Of a stretch of DNA of 53,063 bases, positions 51,001 to 53,063 are shown piece after piece. The stretch's first letter is position 1, and each line of letters starts with the position of its first letter. A program made the translations under genes and the position numbers. The notes beneath the pieces were generated by a model. That model was not told where the DNA came from and searched no databases. It saw nothing but the letters and a program-made list of their open reading frames with translations. The stretch comes from Brevinematales bacterium (GTDB taxonomy: Bacteria > Spirochaetota > Brevinematia > Brevinematales > JAOACQ01): assembly GCA_026417755.1 (NCBI GenBank), contig JAOACQ010000022.1:1-53063 (forward strand), read 5' to 3'.

Positions 51001-51331
51001 CATTCTCTATTTTCCACTTATTATTACTTTCAGTAAGATGAAAAGGTTCATAAATATCTCCATCTATTTTTATAAATGTCCTGAAACCATATAATGGAGT
51101 ATATCGGTATGCTTTATTGGCAGGCTGAAACTCCATAATAGCACCATCTTTTGAATCAAAACCAAAACTTGAAATACATTGTCCCCTATTTACATAAAAA
51201 CACCATAAAGGAATGCCCATAATACCTGCTATTCCCGGGAAAAAACTAGCAAATGGTTTTGCTTCGTTATAATTTTTTATCCTGAATTTTAAATTATCCT
51301 CTCTATCAATTGAGTAAAAAACATTATTCAT
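48089..51331 (-). CDS. Probable GH161 beta-1,3-glucan phosphorylase
   Basis: KPFASFFPGIAG..GIPLWCFYVNRGQ, SRRHGDLERDYN, QGNGAYRDINQNRR, GYWTDHWTY, WNDSINGLPG, PGWLENES; 1080 aa. Confidence 0.8.
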   Translation of the reverse strand: MNNVFYSIDREDNLKFRIKNYNEAKPFASFFPGIAGIMGIPLWCFYVNRGQCISSFGFDSKDGAIMEFQPANKAYRYTPLYGFRTFIKIDGDIYEPFHLTESNNKWKIENEMIFTPYDLELKEINSSLGIETTVKFFTIPNEPIGALARVVEIKNVSSKKVEFDVLDGLPQIMPYGLNDWAMKNMCRTIEAWYTVDNVENNLPFYRLKMTFVDTAEVKPIKAGHFYFSFIEDNKPLPIIIEPDKIFGLSNDFSYPFIFKNKDFKFPERQYSGNRTPSALSYSSVNLKNNESIKIYSLVGKDENLENVKNRFSYLAREEFFKIKEKENEKLIKSLIDKCLVYSNIPAFNSYAKQTFLDNLLRGGFPFSIRSNGKKDVLYLFSRRHGDLERDYNNFKLQPTYFSQGNGAYRDINQNRRNDVFFNPDVGYSNILYFINLIQLDGYNPLVVKGLSYQFDKEKSKILSEWINDGLENVSKLLENKFIPYDIIKLFEENKFSLKKGNLFDFLSFLILNSKKLEEAEHGEGYWTDHWTYNIDLIESFEAVFPDKMKELLYEEKSIYFYDDCEFVLPRKEKYVINYAGQPRQYNAIKKDKEKEKLIKSRDNEPNKVRKNYGKGEVYYTNLISKLLALSVIKLSTLDPENIGIEMEAGKPNWNDSINGLPGLFGSSLNETLELKRLLVNLKNWIKINTKEVKLPIEIYDLMKSVLNLIKENLSRKISNFEFWDLASTEREMYREKVKYGIDGKEIKIEQSELEEFIEFALKKLSHSIEKGFDYNNGLYTTYFYYDLVKYRVENDKIIPEKFEMRRVVPFLEGEVHYLRTEKDISKSRQIALNVKQSDIFDKKLRMYKLSASTKDMPLELGRMQSFTPGWLENESVFSHMEYKYLLELIKNGLCDIFYEDIKTCLVPFFKPEIYGRSIFENVSFIVTSSNPDPDLHGRGFYPRLSGTTSEFYNMLLVMAFGNKPFYLDNEGKLCLKFEPSLASWLFSEKEDIISYYVGEEIKQINLPPNCYLMSFMYDTLVLFINPKRKDTFGENSVKVKSYKLYGKDGSLITIDSDTINMPYSLEIREGKYSKIEVLLD

Positions 51332-51341
51332 CTATTTCTCC

Positions 51342-53063
51342 TTATCCAAGAATTACTTTTACATAATTATTTTCTTTTGTAAGATAACAATCCAACTTCT
51401 CAAAAGGAAGGTAAAAATGCCCACCAATAAATTGTTCGGGCATCTTAAAATCATTTATATAAACATCCTTAACTGAGTTATATACATTTTTCTCCTTTTC
51501 AGCAATGAAATTTACTTCCAGTCTTTTATTTGCAAAATTTAAGCTCACAGAAACACTTTCCTTATCCCCAAAAAATTCTTTTGACAATTTCGGTTCTATA
51601 AGAAGGCCACCAAGTTTACCCTTAACTCCATATATCTCGGTTAATAATGTCAAAATAAACCAGCTTGCAGACCCTGTGAGATAATGGTACATTCCTTTAC
51701 CTTCAGGTGTAAAATATTCCGGAATTCCAGGATAAATATCTGCATTTTTACCAATACAAAGCCTATAAATGGAATCAAAAACTTCAAACCCTTCCTCCAC
51801 AAGTTCTTGTTTATACAAAGCATTCATAAACATTACAACCATATGTGAAAAAGTAGCCCCATTTTCTTTTTCTCCATAAGCAAAAGCATAAAGTCTTCCA
51901 AAATTAAGCTGATTATCTTTGCCGAGAGGAGTATTGAGTTTATAACCGCCATGAACCTCTTTCAAATATTTCTTTGAAGCATTATAAACAGATTTAGCTT
52001 CCTTCCCACTTACAATTCCTCCCATAAGAGTAAAAACCTGCCCTGTAAGCCCCATTCTTACACCATTTTTAAGCTCTGGATCATTAAATATACCATCTAC
52101 TCTTTTTCCATCGTTGTTATAATAGCCATTGAAGAAAGCAGTTTCACTATCTATCTTTATCCATTCATTTTTTTTCAGATATTCATATATCCAGTTTGCT
52201 TTAACCTCAAGATCTTTTGCAAGTTCAATTAAAGATATTTTTTTAGTTTTACCGGAAATCTCTGGATAAATAGAATCAAAGTATTTAGTTAATAGATTCT
52301 TTTTGTAGTCTATATTGTTGTAGTCTGGTTTACCAGTTATTGTATCAAGTAGTAAAAAAATCTCTTCAAATAATTCAACATCTTGGTATTCATCGGAAAT
52401 TTCCTTTAACAATTCCGCCATCTTTTTAAGATTGTAGCCATAAAGAGCAGTAAATGCAACACTTTCACCTCTGTCTTTTGCTTTATCTATACCATCATTC
52501 CAATCAGCACCTTCAAGTTTGATAATATTATGTTCTCCAACGTTAAAGAAACTTGATAAATGCTGAATAAGCATATGTTCCAAAATTGTTGAAGAATAAA
52601 TATCTCCATTTTTGTCTTTGTGGTTTAAACCATAACTATCGGTCCATTTATCATCTTTTTTAGTGGCTCTACAGATAAGCCCATCTCTAAAATATGTTTG
52701 CTTTTCAAAAAGTATTTTTGTATCACCAGTCTGATCTATGTATAGTTTAGTTGTCAAAAATGGCCAACAACCATGATCCATCCATATTCTTGGAATATTA
52801 TTTCTATCTGCAATAAATTCGCCTTTATTCTTACCAATTATAGTAGCGTTGCTACCATCAAGTCTCACACCAGCAAAATTATTTATGAGAATATCTCTCA
52901 CATCATCTGGATTCTGTAATATTAAGGATAAGCAATCCTGCCATAGATCTCTCCAACCTCGTCCGCCCTTTCCGTAATCATGGTGAGGTAAAAAGGAGCA
53001 CCCATATATTTTTCTCAACACTGGCTGAATATTTATCCATTTCATCACACCATCGAAAAGAGG
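51342..53063 (-). CDS. GH94 phosphorylase, laminaribiose-phosphorylase-like (5' end outside the window)
   Basis: SFLPHHDYGKGGRGWRDLWQD, ADWNDG catalytic Asp motif, KENGATFSH, PEYF, YLTGSASW. Confidence 0.82.
   Translation of the reverse strand, partial: PLFDGVMKWINIQPVLRKIYGCSFLPHHDYGKGGRGWRDLWQDCLSLILQNPDDVRDILINNFAGVRLDGSNATIIGKNKGEFIADRNNIPRIWMDHGCWPFLTTKLYIDQTGDTKILFEKQTYFRDGLICRATKKDDKWTDSYGLNHKDKNGDIYSSTILEHMLIQHLSSFFNVGEHNIIKLEGADWNDGIDKAKDRGESVAFTALYGYNLKKMAELLKEISDEYQDVELFEEIFLLLDTITGKPDYNNIDYKKNLLTKYFDSIYPEISGKTKKISLIELAKDLEVKANWIYEYLKKNEWIKIDSETAFFNGYYNNDGKRVDGIFNDPELKNGVRMGLTGQVFTLMGGIVSGKEAKSVYNASKKYLKEVHGGYKLNTPLGKDNQLNFGRLYAFAYGEKENGATFSHMVVMFMNALYKQELVEEGFEVFDSIYRLCIGKNADIYPGIPEYFTPEGKGMYHYLTGSASWFILTLLTEIYGVKGKLGGLLIEPKLSKEFFGDKESVSVSLNFANKRLEVNFIAEKEKNVYNSVKDVYINDFKMPEQFIGGHFYLPFEKLDCYLTKENNYVKVILG

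Overview
A strongly AT-rich bacterial chromosomal segment, most likely from an anaerobic, flagellated spirochaete. The lineage is inferred (Brevinematales-like) from the short FlgJ, the rplU-prp-rpmA layout, an OmpL47-type protein, many lipoproteins and HydF. It carries housekeeping genes (dapB, guaB, rpsA, trpBA, murD, rplU, rpmA, dksA, mltG, thyX, ymdB, tRNA-Arg(CCT)). It also has many signalling genes (HisKA_2 kinases, three LuxR regulators, STAS proteins, a PP2C phosphatase, CheW/CheY and a degenerate HD-GYP), an aspA-like/hydF pair and glucan-utilisation genes (GH5 at the left edge; GH94, GH161, a CBM4 lipoprotein and a sugar-sensing regulator at the right edge). Items the ORF track misses or splits: a 6S RNA, the tRNA, the GH5 gene start, a phzF remnant, a MITE-like palindrome and a sensor kinase interrupted by one in-frame TGA. 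The most interesting inferred systems are (i) a paralogous PAS-LuxR-C-tail regulator pair with a shared ATACT-N3-AGTAT box at an activator position, (ii) a GntR/UTRA-led trpBA unit with a dre-like operator over a perfect sigma70 promoter, (iii) five apparently leaderless genes and (iv) an intact Prp protease beside an N-terminally shortened L27. No CRISPR array, prophage, transposase or rRNA was seen. All family calls come from motif recognition by eye; no searches were run.
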